Origin: Methanothermobacter thermautotrophicus str. Delta H | GTDB taxonomy: Archaea; Methanobacteriota; Methanobacteria; Methanobacteriales; Methanothermobacteraceae | DNA length: 32,000 nt | Direction: 5' to 3' | Assembly (NCBI RefSeq): GCF_000008645.1 | Contig: NC_000916.1 | Coordinates: forward strand, 1,200,001-1,232,000 | Shown here: positions 1-9,095 of the stretch, one piece after another | Layout: each line of letters opens with the position of its first letter | How positions within the stretch are numbered: the first letter of the stretch is position 1 | The notes under the pieces: generated by a model | Databases searched by the model: none | What the model was told of the DNA's origin: nothing | Seen by the model: only the letters and a program-made list of their open reading frames with translations | Program-made: the position numbers and the translations under genes

Positions 1-894
1 TGAAAGTGTTGAAGTTGCAGATCCAAGGAAAAAGATAGACAATTAACACCCCCACAATTTCCAAGAGATTTACAGGCTACACTACTGTAATCAACCAAGA
101 AACAGATGACATTCCGGCCGTGGACAGCGCAGCTCAAACCAGCACTTAAAACAACCCTAACCAAAGAGAAAATGCAGAACATCAAGGGTAAAGGTGAAGG
201 TTATTCCTTCAAGATCGAAGTTTTTTCACTCTTTGTCTTGGGTGTTTCCTTGGTCTTACATTCATCTTATACGTGACATTAAGAAGAGAGTTCCGAAAGC
301 AGGAGACATCGGTTTGTTCATAGCAAACATCTCATGCTCTTTTAAGTATTCCGCAAACACATCTAATTGTCTGCTCTGCATGCTAGATTGGATATAGATA
401 TGCAGCATAAACTTTTATGGGGTTCATTTTATTCCACATATATTAAAACTAGGCGTGGGTGAAGGAAGATGCGGGTTTGTGTGTCATCCTGAACAGTCTT
501 ACTTTCCTTAGGGGAGATATTTAATGTATTCCTTAGAGCTGTTTGATGCTCTTTCCCTTTGTGGCTTGTCATAGCCGGCTATTTTATTGCACGTTTCAGC
601 GAAAAAATAGAAAAGACATGGTAATAGTGGCTATGGTATGTCTTTCACTGCATGAGTAGATTACTCATAGCACTAATAATAAATATCCCCTCTTAAAAAG
701 CTTTTCGAGACAAAAACCGCTGAAAAATTGAAGTGTTATTAAGATGCACAATATTATAACCCAACTTTAGGAAAGGAACCAGACATCACGGATGCTCTCA
801 CATGGAACAGTGAGAGACGCATGTTACCCCGACCCAGAAATCAAACAATATTGGAGATCCCCAAGTGGATCCCCTGATAAAACCAGGCCCCTAC

Positions 895-918
895 CATTTT
901 TCAAGGATTTGAAAAATG
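895..918. terminator. Perfect 10-bp inverted repeat hairpin (CATTTTTCAA-ggat-TTGAAAAATG) 24 nt downstream of the dapF stop
   Basis: Read directly from the sequence. It is AT-rich with T-runs on both strands and sits at the 3' end of the lysA-dapF unit. Confidence 0.4.
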
Positions 919-941
919 AATTATAGGACCTTTTAAACCGT

Positions 942-1811
942 TTATGGATCACGGAGCAGTATACCATCAAATACCATGACGGCATCGCCCTCCATGTAGG
1001 CCCCTAGTTCTGTGCCGTCCTGGTAGACGTCTATTTTAAGTTCCCCTCCTGGAAGGTGCACCAGGACACTGTCATCCAGTTTTTCAAGTTTAACACCCGC
1101 AATTACACTGGCTGTGGCCCCGGTGCCGCAGGCCATTGTGGGTCCAGCACCCCTCTCCCAGGTCACCATGATTATCTCAGAGGGGCTCACGACCTCAACA
1201 AAGTGGACATTTATCCTCTCAGGAAAGAGGGGATGGTTCTCTATTGCCGGTCCAAGCCTGTCAAGGTCCACGCCCTCCGCATCATCAACGAATATTATGG
1301 CGTGTGGATTCCCGACGCTTAGTGCTGTGAGCTTAATGTCCTCACCCTCCACAGGCAGGAACCTGTCTATGAACTCGTATTCCTCAACATCCATGGGTAT
1401 CTGGTCTGTTTTGAATGTTGCGGTGCCCATATCAACCCTTGATGAGACCACTGCACCATCCTCGACCTCCAGTTCCACGGTCTTGATACCTGCGAGGGTT
1501 TCCACCTCCAGTCTCCTCTTCCTCACTATGGCATTGTCATATACAAACTTTGAGAAGCACCTTATACCGTTTCCGCACATCTCTGCCTCGCTTCCATCAG
1601 CATTGAATATCCTGAAGCGGATATCCCCTTCGCCGGATGCAGGCTGGACAAATATAACACCATCCGCACCCACAGAGAATCCCCTGGTGCATACCTCCCT
1701 TACAAACTCTGGCTTCTTATCCTCAGGTATGCACTCCTGGGCGCTCTCATCTATAACCACATAGTCGTTTCCAAGCCCATGCATCTTGGAAAAGAGTATC
1801 ATCCTCGTCAT
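942..1811 (-). CDS. dapF: Diaminopimelate epimerase
   Basis: 289-aa ORF. Both catalytic-Cys motifs are present ([10 protein letters not shown] and [10 protein letters not shown]). The start lies 5 nt after the lysA stop. Confidence 0.93.
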   Translation of the reverse strand: MTRMILFSKMHGLGNDYVVIDESAQECIPEDKKPEFVREVCTRGFSVGADGVIFVQPASGEGDIRFRIFNADGSEAEMCGNGIRCFSKFVYDNAIVRKRRLEVETLAGIKTVELEVEDGAVVSSRVDMGTATFKTDQIPMDVEEYEFIDRFLPVEGEDIKLTALSVGNPHAIIFVDDAEGVDLDRLGPAIENHPLFPERINVHFVEVVSPSEIIMVTWERGAGPTMACGTGATASVIAGVKLEKLDDSVLVHLPGGELKIDVYQDGTELGAYMEGDAVMVFDGILLRDP

Positions 1812-1816
1812 CAGAT

Positions 1817-3103
1817 CTACCTCTTCAGAAGTCTTGCAGGTACATTCTGTCCCCTCAGGAGGTCAGAGAAGGTCTCCCTCTCCCTGACAACATCAACCTT
1901 GCCTTCCCTCACAAGGACCTCAGCGGGTCTTGGCCTGGAGTTGTACTGGGAGGACATTGAGAAGGAGTAGGCCCCTGCGTTCATGATGGCAAGGACATCG
2001 CCCTCATTAATTTCAGGGAGCTGCCTGTCCCTTGCAAAGAGATCCCCTGATTCACACACGTTTCCAGCCACATCCATCTTCTCAGATGGTTCATCCAGGG
2101 GTCTTTCAGCCACGAGTATGTGGTGGTAGGATCCATACATGGCAGGTCTCAGGAGGGTGTTGAAGCCTGCGTCAACACCTGCAAATTTTCTGTAGCTCTC
2201 CTTTATGGTGTTGACCCTTGTGAGGAGGTAGGATGCATCCCCAACTATGTACCTTCCAGGCTCCAGGCACATCATGGGTCTTCCAAGACCGTACTCTGAG
2301 AGTTTATCCTTGAAGAGTCCTGTTATCTTTGATGCGAATTCATCAATGTCCAGTGGTTCCTCTTCAGGCGTGTATGGTATTCCAAGTCCGCCTCCAAAGT
2401 CTATGAACTCAAATTCAACCCCTGTGGCCTCATGAACCCTGCCGGCTATGTCCATCAGGGTTTCAACGGCCAGCATGAATGGCTCAGGGTCCAGTATACC
2501 TGAGCCTATGTGGGCGTGTATCCCCACTGGCTCAAATCCAAGGTCCATGGCCATCCTGTAGACCTCAGGTGCCTCTCTCTCCATTACACCGAACTTGCTC
2601 ATCTCTCCGCCGGTGATGCAGTGCTCATGGTGCCCTGCCCCCACCAGGGGGTTCACCCTGAAGGATATCCTGAGACCCTCAGGGGCGATCTCTGAAAGCC
2701 GCAGGAGCTGTGACCTTGAATCCACATTGATCCTGACACCTGAATCTAGGGCAAACTGCAGTTCATCGTCCCTGACGTTGTTACCGGTGTAAAGTATCCT
2801 GTCAGGGTCAAAGCCTGCCATGAGAGCTGTGTAGATCTCTCCAGGAGATACAGCGTCAATTCCGCTCCCCTCCTCCTCCAGTATCCTCATGACCGCAAGG
2901 TTGGTGTTGGCCTTGCATGCATAGAATACCTGGAACCGCGAGTATTCACCTGAGAATGCCCTGTAGAGCCTCCGGTAGTTCTCCCTTATCCTCATCTCAT
3001 CGATGACATAGAGTGGGGTGCCGTATTCATCTGCCAGTTCCACTGCATCTGCACCGCCAATCAGAAGATGTCCTTTATCGTTAACCTCAATATCAGGAAA
3101 CAT
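1817..3103 (-). CDS. lysA: Diaminopimelate decarboxylase (PLP-dependent, Orn/DAP/Arg decarboxylase family)
   Basis: 428-aa ORF with the motifs [22 protein letters not shown] and CESGD. It is operonic with dapF. Confidence 0.93.
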   Translation of the reverse strand: MFPDIEVNDKGHLLIGGADAVELADEYGTPLYVIDEMRIRENYRRLYRAFSGEYSRFQVFYACKANTNLAVMRILEEEGSGIDAVSPGEIYTALMAGFDPDRILYTGNNVRDDELQFALDSGVRINVDSRSQLLRLSEIAPEGLRISFRVNPLVGAGHHEHCITGGEMSKFGVMEREAPEVYRMAMDLGFEPVGIHAHIGSGILDPEPFMLAVETLMDIAGRVHEATGVEFEFIDFGGGLGIPYTPEEEPLDIDEFASKITGLFKDKLSEYGLGRPMMCLEPGRYIVGDASYLLTRVNTIKESYRKFAGVDAGFNTLLRPAMYGSYHHILVAERPLDEPSEKMDVAGNVCESGDLFARDRQLPEINEGDVLAIMNAGAYSFSMSSQYNSRPRPAEVLVREGKVDVVRERETFSDLLRGQNVPARLLKR

Positions 3104-3176
3104 TAGTGTTGATCCTCCCTAAAGTTTAATCAAATCTTTATCCAAATGACAATATAAGTCCTTAGGGTGTGAAGAT

Positions 3177-3569
3177 ATGAAGCCGTTTATTCCAGTTGTA
3201 AGGGCCCTTATAAGGGGCGAGGATGGTGTTCTAATGCTCAGGAGGTCCCGGGAATCGTCCACAAATCCATCACTCTGGGAGCTCCCGGGTGGTAAGGTGA
3301 GGGCAGGGGAAACACTTGATGAGGCCCTTTCAAGGGAGGTCCGTGAGGAGACGGGCCTCAGGATAACACCTCTGCACCTGCTGGGTGCATATGAGCAGGT
3401 GTTCCCCCATAAGGTCTCGGTGAACATAATATTCTCTGTGGAGGTCCGTGGGGGCGCCCTTGAGCTGAGCATGGAGCATGAGGACTTCTGCTGGTTCAGG
3501 TCAGGGGTCCTTGAATTTTCTCCCTGGCTGAGTGAATTCAAAGGTGATAGGCCAGACCTCTTCAGGTGA
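3177..3569 (+). CDS. Nudix hydrolase
   Basis: 130-aa ORF with a complete Nudix box, GGKVRAGETLDEALSREVREETGL. Confidence 0.85.
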   Translation: MKPFIPVVRALIRGEDGVLMLRRSRESSTNPSLWELPGGKVRAGETLDEALSREVREETGLRITPLHLLGAYEQVFPHKVSVNIIFSVEVRGGALELSMEHEDFCWFRSGVLEFSPWLSEFKGDRPDLFR

Positions 3570-3584
3570 GAGAAGCTGGAGCTA

Positions 3585-4757
3585 TCAGAGGTCTGAGATC
3601 ACATGACCCAGTACATCCACAGCCGCATCAATCTCCTCCTTCTTTATTACCAGGGGCGGGACAATCCTTATGACCTTGCCGGCTGTGCAGTTTATCAGCA
3701 CCCCCATCTCCCTTGCAGCGTCAACCACCCCTGCACATTCACCATCGATCTCAATTCCGATCATGAGGCCGACACCGCGTATGTCCCTGACGGCATCACA
3801 TCCATGGAGGACCTGCCTCAGCCTTCCAAGGAAGTAGGAACCCATCTTAGCTGCCCTCTCAGGTAGCTTCTCGTCCATCAGAACTTCGATGGTGGCTATG
3901 GCTGCAGCACATCCCCAGGGGTTTCCCCCGAAGGTGGATCCATGGTCACCCGGTTCAAATGCCATTGCAACCCTCTCATTTGCAAGCACAGCTCCTATTG
4001 GATACCCGCCGCCCATGGCCTTTGCCACGGTAGTTATATCTGGCTCTACACCGAATAGCTGGGATGCGAACATTGCTCCGGTTCTTCCAAATCCTGTCTG
4101 GACCTCATCGAGGATCAGTAGCACGTCATTCTGCCTTGCAAGTTCCTGGACATCCTTCAAGTATCCCTCTGGTGGAATTATGACTCCACCCTCCCCCTGT
4201 ACCGGTTCCAGAATTATGGCTGCAGTTTCATCACCTACTGCATCCGCCATTGCCCCGATGTCGCCGTAGGGGACATGTTTAAAACCCTCTGGTAGTGGCC
4301 TGAAGGGTTCACTGTACTTCTTCTGGCCAGTCGCAGTTACCGTTGCAAGTGTCCTCCCGTGGAAGGAGTTCTCAGCAGCTATTATCTCAGATTTGCCCGT
4401 GAATTTCCTTGCAAGTTTTATGGCTCCCTCATTGGCCTCTGCACCGCTGTTTGCAAAGAAAACCCTGTCGTGTGGGGATATGGCCGTTAGAAGCTTTGCG
4501 AGTTCAACCTGCTCCCGGGTATAGTAGATGTTGGATGAATGTATGAGCCTCTGTGCCTGGTGACAGATTGCCAGGGCGACCTTTGGGTGGGCGTGGCCGA
4601 TGCTGTTAACAGCGACCCCTGCAAAGCAGTCTATGTAGGAGTTGCCCTCAATGTCCCATACAGTTGCCCCCTTCCCATGGGACAGTACAATGGGCTGCCG
4701 GGTATAGGTCTGCATGATGAATTTCCTTTCAAGTTCAATTATTTCCTCTGAATCCAT
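3585..4757 (-). CDS. argD: Acetylornithine aminotransferase (class III PLP aminotransferase)
   Basis: 390-aa ORF with [11 protein letters not shown] and the PLP-lysine context [10 protein letters not shown], typical of ArgD/ornithine aminotransferases. Confidence 0.88.
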   Translation of the reverse strand: MDSEEIIELERKFIMQTYTRQPIVLSHGKGATVWDIEGNSYIDCFAGVAVNSIGHAHPKVALAICHQAQRLIHSSNIYYTREQVELAKLLTAISPHDRVFFANSGAEANEGAIKLARKFTGKSEIIAAENSFHGRTLATVTATGQKKYSEPFRPLPEGFKHVPYGDIGAMADAVGDETAAIILEPVQGEGGVIIPPEGYLKDVQELARQNDVLLILDEVQTGFGRTGAMFASQLFGVEPDITTVAKAMGGGYPIGAVLANERVAMAFEPGDHGSTFGGNPWGCAAAIATIEVLMDEKLPERAAKMGSYFLGRLRQVLHGCDAVRDIRGVGLMIGIEIDGECAGVVDAAREMGVLINCTAGKVIRIVPPLVIKKEEIDAAVDVLGHVISDL

Positions 4758-4838
4758 GATATCACCAAAAATTTATATGGGGACCTGTATTAATGTTGAA
4801 CCTAAACTGATAATAAATATTTATGTTGAGGTGGTTAA

Positions 4839-5264
4839 ATGAAAAGTGCTGTCATTGAAACCGTTAAGGGAGATATAGAGCTGATCCTCTTTGAGGAGGA
4901 CGCCCCAAACACGGTTGCGAATTTTGAAAAACTTTCAAACAGTGGATTCTATGATGGACTCACCTTCCACAGGGTCATACCTGACTTCGTGATCCAGGGA
5001 GGGTGTCCGGTGGGTGATGGGACAGGCGGCCCCGGTTACACAATAAAGTGCGAGATAAACCCGAACAGGCACGTTAAGGGGGCCCTGTCCATGGCACATG
5101 CAGGGAGAGATACCGGGGGCAGCCAGTTCTTCATAACACTATCTCCCCAGCCCCACCTCGATGGCGTCCACACCGTCTTCGGAAAGGTTGTGAGGGGTAT
5201 GGATGTTGTTGAATCCATAGAGAGGGGAGACCGGATGCTCAGGGTCAGGGTCTACGACGAATGA
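4839..5264 (+). CDS. Cyclophilin-type peptidyl-prolyl cis-trans isomerase
   Basis: 141-aa ORF with [13 protein letters not shown] and [24 protein letters not shown] Shine-Dalgarno site lies upstream. Confidence 0.9.
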   Translation: MKSAVIETVKGDIELILFEEDAPNTVANFEKLSNSGFYDGLTFHRVIPDFVIQGGCPVGDGTGGPGYTIKCEINPNRHVKGALSMAHAGRDTGGSQFFITLSPQPHLDGVHTVFGKVVRGMDVVESIERGDRMLRVRVYDE

Positions 5265-5278
5265 ACCGTTCCCTGATA

Positions 5279-5785
5279 TCACTCCAGGGGTATCTCACCC
5301 CTCCAGAACCTTCTGAGGACCCCGGCATAGTGCCCCGCAATTTCCTCAGCTATTCTCAGGTGTGTCTCATCGTAGTTCTCTGGTGGATCACCTGCGACTA
5401 TCTGGCCGAGTATCCCCTCCGAATCCTTAACAGCGACTGAGAGGAACTTTGAAACCTTCCTGTGGCCATCGGGTATTCCATGGGCTGCAGGATGCCCGGC
5501 AGGGTTGTTGGTGAAGAATGACTCCCCGGTGTCCAGGGAGTAGCCGAGGAGCCCCCCGTATTTACCGCTGGATGGCAGCTTAAAGCGTGCCTCACCCATC
5601 TCCTCGTAGTGTCTGCAGTACTCTGTGAGATGGGAGAATTTTATGCCGACACTATCCCCGTTTTCGGGGTCAACATAGGCAACGTAGCAGTACCTGCTCC
5701 CGGTCATCCTCTTTATTTCATCAAAAACAATATCTGATGCTTCCCTTACTGATGCTGCAGACTCAATCCTTTCCTTAAGATCCAT
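5279..5785 (-). CDS. GAF-domain-like small-molecule-binding protein
   Basis: 168-aa ORF. The layout resembles GAF (LSVAVKDSEGILGQIVAGD...ETHLRIAEEIAGHYAGVL). A GGAGGA site lies 7 nt upstream of the ATG. The start overlaps the upstream ORF by 11 nt. Confidence 0.6.
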   Translation of the reverse strand: MDLKERIESAASVREASDIVFDEIKRMTGSRYCYVAYVDPENGDSVGIKFSHLTEYCRHYEEMGEARFKLPSSGKYGGLLGYSLDTGESFFTNNPAGHPAAHGIPDGHRKVSKFLSVAVKDSEGILGQIVAGDPPENYDETHLRIAEEIAGHYAGVLRRFWRGEIPLE

Positions 5786-6116
5786 TCCTATTCCTCCAGT
5801 TCATCAGCTCCCTGTAGAGTTGGTGCCGGGGCCCTATCCTCCCAAGGACCCTCCCCTCAATTTCATGGAGGGGGTGTTCTCCATGGTCTGTTATTAGCCT
5901 TAGTCCCTCAAGTTTTTTAACCCTGAGGACACGGGACCCCACCAGGACCTCATGGCCTATTTTAATCCCGGATACACTGTCCAGAACAACCAGGTACTCC
6001 CCGCGCCTCCTGATTATCCTCAGATCCCCGGTGCACTCCCTTTCCCTTCCATCCTTAGAAGTACACGGTCGAACTGATCCCTCCCCAGGGTCTCCATCAG
6101 GTGCGCCTGAGTTCAT
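5775..6116 (-). CDS. Hypothetical protein with an S24/LexA-like beta-barrel resemblance
   Basis: The ORF track gives 5775..6122, starting at TTG; the first ATG is at 6116. The segment TSKDG-x6-GDLRII...VLRVKKLEG...IEGRVLGRI can be aligned by eye to the LexA/S24 SMKD..GDLL..VKRL..G.V core. This was not verified by search. Confidence 0.35.
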   Translation of the reverse strand: MNSGAPDGDPGEGSVRPCTSKDGRERECTGDLRIIRRRGEYLVVLDSVSGIKIGHEVLVGSRVLRVKKLEGLRLITDHGEHPLHEIEGRVLGRIGPRHQLYRELMNWRNRNGS

Positions 6117-6285
6117 CCTCAAGGGCTGAGCGGAGCCTCATCCAGGCATCTGCCTCACGGCACCCTATATTCTCCCTTGTGGACCTCTGGGGGCACTTCC
6201 AGCAGTACTTTTCATCAAGGACCCTGCGAAGATCCTCAAAGGATTTCCTTGTGTATACCTTGAATCTGGCAATTATATTCTTCAT
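6097..6285 (-). CDS. Small hypothetical protein (62 aa) with a CWKC...C cysteine pattern
   Basis: A GGTGAG site lies 5-6 nt upstream of the ATG. The ORF starts 43 nt downstream of the ogg stop, with no TATA-like element between them. Its 3' end overlaps the next ORF by 20-26 nt. Confidence 0.3.
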   Translation of the reverse strand: MKNIIARFKVYTRKSFEDLRRVLDEKYCWKCPQRSTRENIGCREADAWMRLRSALEDELRRT

Positions 6286-6328
6286 CTGGACTCACCGGTA
6301 TGTAATGACCCACCAGATCAGGATTGTG

Positions 6329-7267
6329 TTATCCAGTGCCCTGCCTGAGCCTATCAAGTAGCCCCGATCTTCTGGCATGGTTGAAGAGGTAAAGCTGCAC
6401 ATAGTCGGCCATCTCCCCGTACTCCCTCCGTGCGAATTCCACCATCGACCTGTCATTGAAATTCCTGCCAGGGTGGATGTGGTTCATGATCCTCCTGATC
6501 CATACATCAACAGGAAAGGCCTCTGTCTTCCTGAAACCATAGAGGAGTATGCAGTCAGCAACCTTGGGACCCACACCCGAGAGTTCAAGGAGGAGCTCCC
6601 TTGCATCGTCATAGTCCATCCCATCGATCCTCCTGATATCCATCTCCTCTGCGAGTATCCTCGATGTCTCCCGGATGTAGGGCGCCCTGTAGCCGACGCC
6701 ACAGGATCTGAGGTCATTGAAACTGAAGTCCGAGGGGAGGTTATCCTCGGCCCTCTGCAGGTCCTCAAGGGAGCCCTCAGCCACGCCTGTCAGGACGTGT
6801 GGAGAGGGGAACGTGTGGAAGGTCTCGCCATTGAAGGTGTTGGCCTGGCCCCAGAGCCTCCTTATGTCCTCTATGGACCTTGTCCATCTCACAACCGAAC
6901 AGTTGGCTGATGCTATTGAGGATATCACACACTCAAATGGGTCCTTTGCAAGGAACAGCCGCAGCCCCCTCGATGAATCCAGGGTGTATGATAAGTTTTT
7001 ATCCTCCAGGAATGTGTAGAAATCTTCAATATCAAATTTCAGGTCGAATATGTATTCAATCTTCTCCCTGAGAGTTTTCTGAGGTACATCCACGTAGGGT
7101 CTGACCCTGAGCACCCCTGCCTCATTCCTGACCTCAACCGGACAGGGTACCCCCTCGATGATGAGAAGTTCCCTGAAGGCCCCCTCAACCTCCCTCCAGG
7201 GTGGCTGGGAGGTCTGTCCACTCCTCTGGGTCATCTCAAGGTCAAAGTCCCCCACGGGTATCCTCAT
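6329..7267 (-). CDS. ogg: 8-oxoguanine DNA glycosylase / AP lyase (HhH-GPD superfamily)
   Basis: 312-aa ORF. It has a helix-hairpin-helix with catalytic Lys (LSGVGPKVADCILLYGF), followed by the Asp motif AFPVDVWIRRI. Confidence 0.8.
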   Translation of the reverse strand: MRIPVGDFDLEMTQRSGQTSQPPWREVEGAFRELLIIEGVPCPVEVRNEAGVLRVRPYVDVPQKTLREKIEYIFDLKFDIEDFYTFLEDKNLSYTLDSSRGLRLFLAKDPFECVISSIASANCSVVRWTRSIEDIRRLWGQANTFNGETFHTFPSPHVLTGVAEGSLEDLQRAEDNLPSDFSFNDLRSCGVGYRAPYIRETSRILAEEMDIRRIDGMDYDDARELLLELSGVGPKVADCILLYGFRKTEAFPVDVWIRRIMNHIHPGRNFNDRSMVEFARREYGEMADYVQLYLFNHARRSGLLDRLRQGTG

Positions 7268-7286
7268 TTCCCTCCCCCTCTGCTGA

Positions 7287-8111
7287 CTACAATCTTATGG
7301 GAACTCCCCTTGATCTGAGGTACTCCTTCACTGCAGGGACAGGGTATTCATTGAAGTGGAATATGCTTGCAGCAAGTGCAGCGTCTGCCTTACCATCTGT
7401 GAATGCCTCATAGATGTGTTCAGGTTCCCCTACACCCCCTGATGCGATCACAGGTATGTCAAGGTTCTCGCTCATGGTCCTTGTGAGGGGAATGTCGTAG
7501 CCCATCTTTGTACCGTCACGGTCCATTGATGTGAGGAGAATTTCACCTGCACCTCTATCCTGGCATTCCATTGCCCATTTCACCGCGTCAATACCTGTGA
7601 ATTCTCTTCCACCATAGATGCTGCACTCGTACCAGCAGTATCCATCATCAACCTCTATTATGAACCTTTCATCTGATTCACGGGGGTTTTCGATGTATCT
7701 CCTCTTGGCATCTATTGCCACTACGCATGCCTGGGACCCGACGAGGTCTGATGCCTCATTGATGAGTTCAGGGTTCTTTATTGCGGCCGTATTGGTGGAG
7801 CACTTGTCTGCCCCCGCCTTAAGCATCTTAAAATAGTCCTCTGGCTTCCTTATACCCCCACCGACACATATGGGTACGAAGACGTTCTCTGTGGTGGCCT
7901 CTATCACATGGGTCATGGTCTCCCGTCTCTCATGTGATGCTGTTATGTCGAGGAAGACTATCTCATCGGCACCATCCTCATAGTACCTTGTTGCAAGTTC
8001 TACAGGGTCCCCTGCGTATCTTATCTGTTTGAATTCAACTCCCTTCACGACCCGGCCATTTGGAACCTGGAGGTCACAGTCAAGACATGGTATTATCCTC
8101 TTTGCAAGCAT
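7287..8111 (-). CDS. hisF: Imidazole glycerol phosphate synthase, cyclase subunit
   Basis: Motifs present: [33 protein letters not shown]. The ORF track extends to 8192, but the canonical HisF N-terminus MLAKRII begins at 8111. Confidence 0.9.
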   Translation of the reverse strand: MLAKRIIPCLDCDLQVPNGRVVKGVEFKQIRYAGDPVELATRYYEDGADEIVFLDITASHERRETMTHVIEATTENVFVPICVGGGIRKPEDYFKMLKAGADKCSTNTAAIKNPELINEASDLVGSQACVVAIDAKRRYIENPRESDERFIIEVDDGYCWYECSIYGGREFTGIDAVKWAMECQDRGAGEILLTSMDRDGTKMGYDIPLTRTMSENLDIPVIASGGVGEPEHIYEAFTDGKADAALAASIFHFNEYPVPAVKEYLRSRGVPIRL

Positions 8112-8312
8112 TTCAATCGCCATCAACAACTCTGAGGTGTCTGAATCTACATAAAACATATTCCTTCTCATTTGAAATAACCCGGAAGACATATTTATTA
8201 ATTAAGGGGCATTTAGTATAAAGCTGTCTGCTGTCCCCTGAGTCTGGTCTTCGGCTGACACGTTGATGAGAAAATATTTAAATGGTTAACTTTAAATAGA
8301 GATGTGTGTAGG

Positions 8313-8388
<76 letters not shown>

Positions 8389-8410
8389 CTTTTTTATTAA
8401 CTGCTTTTTA

Positions 8411-8926
8411 TTAACCTTCAAAGCACGGAATACAAACCATCCTACCATTCTTTACTCGTGCACGGTGCTCTGAGACGGGTTCACCACACTCTGCGCATAT
8501 GATGGACCCATATATCCTTGCCTCCTCTGGAGGTTTCTCTGAAACATCCCTGACCTCAAAGAGGTCATGTGGATCCATTTCAAGTATCTTCTCTGTCAGT
8601 TCAGCCCTGTCCGTAACCCCGAGTTCCTTCATGAGCTGATCCATTGGTTTTTTAAGTGATATCCTGATTCCATCGCCTGTTTTCCTGTTGAAGAATGTGT
8701 AAACATGTTTTCCGTAATCCCTGAATATCAGGTTGCCCTTTCCAAAGGTGCACCCAGTCATGAACTGGATGGCGTCTATGCTGCAGCTGTCATTCTCAAC
8801 AACCGCCACTATCTCCTCATCCTCTGACCTTCCAAATCTTTCAGCTACGATCTCACCGACCTTGTATCCGAGGGCAGTGCCGGCACAGGAGTGACCGTGA
8901 AATCCAACTATATCCTCATAATCCAT
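8411..8926 (-). CDS. FmdE-family protein with C-terminal zinc ribbon (cytoplasmic)
   Basis: It has the FmdE signature [17 protein letters not shown] and a C-terminal CAECGEP...CIPC. The ORF track starts at 9007. The ATG at 8926 is preceded by a strong GGGAGGGTGAT site at 4 nt, whereas 9007 has none. Confidence 0.8.
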   Translation of the reverse strand: MDYEDIVGFHGHSCAGTALGYKVGEIVAERFGRSEDEEIVAVVENDSCSIDAIQFMTGCTFGKGNLIFRDYGKHVYTFFNRKTGDGIRISLKKPMDQLMKELGVTDRAELTEKILEMDPHDLFEVRDVSEKPPEEARIYGSIICAECGEPVSEHRARVKNGRMVCIPCFEG

Positions 8927-9095
8927 AACTATCACCCTCCCTATCTCTGGATCACGATTCAGATATAGGTGATGGTGGTAAACCATGTTTTCATTATTAC
9001 CTTTCATTTAAATCAACAAAAAAATGTAATAATATATCTTTATATTGTAAGAAGAGATTAGTTAACACGAAACAAATTAGAGGGAGGTGAAATGG

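Noticed and set aside
194-397. 67-aa + strand ORF in the coding-poor leader region
   Set aside because: There is no Shine-Dalgarno site, the composition is implausible and no motif is present. The region is treated as probably non-coding or decayed (see finding).
1056-1764. Two + strand ORFs (88 and 216 aa) inside dapF
   Set aside because: They are antisense shadow ORFs of a well-supported gene. Their translations are Ser/Thr/Pro-rich, low in complexity and without motifs.
3119-3541. 140-aa minus-strand ORF
   Set aside because: It lies entirely antisense to the Nudix gene, which has a complete Nudix box, and its sequence is low in complexity.
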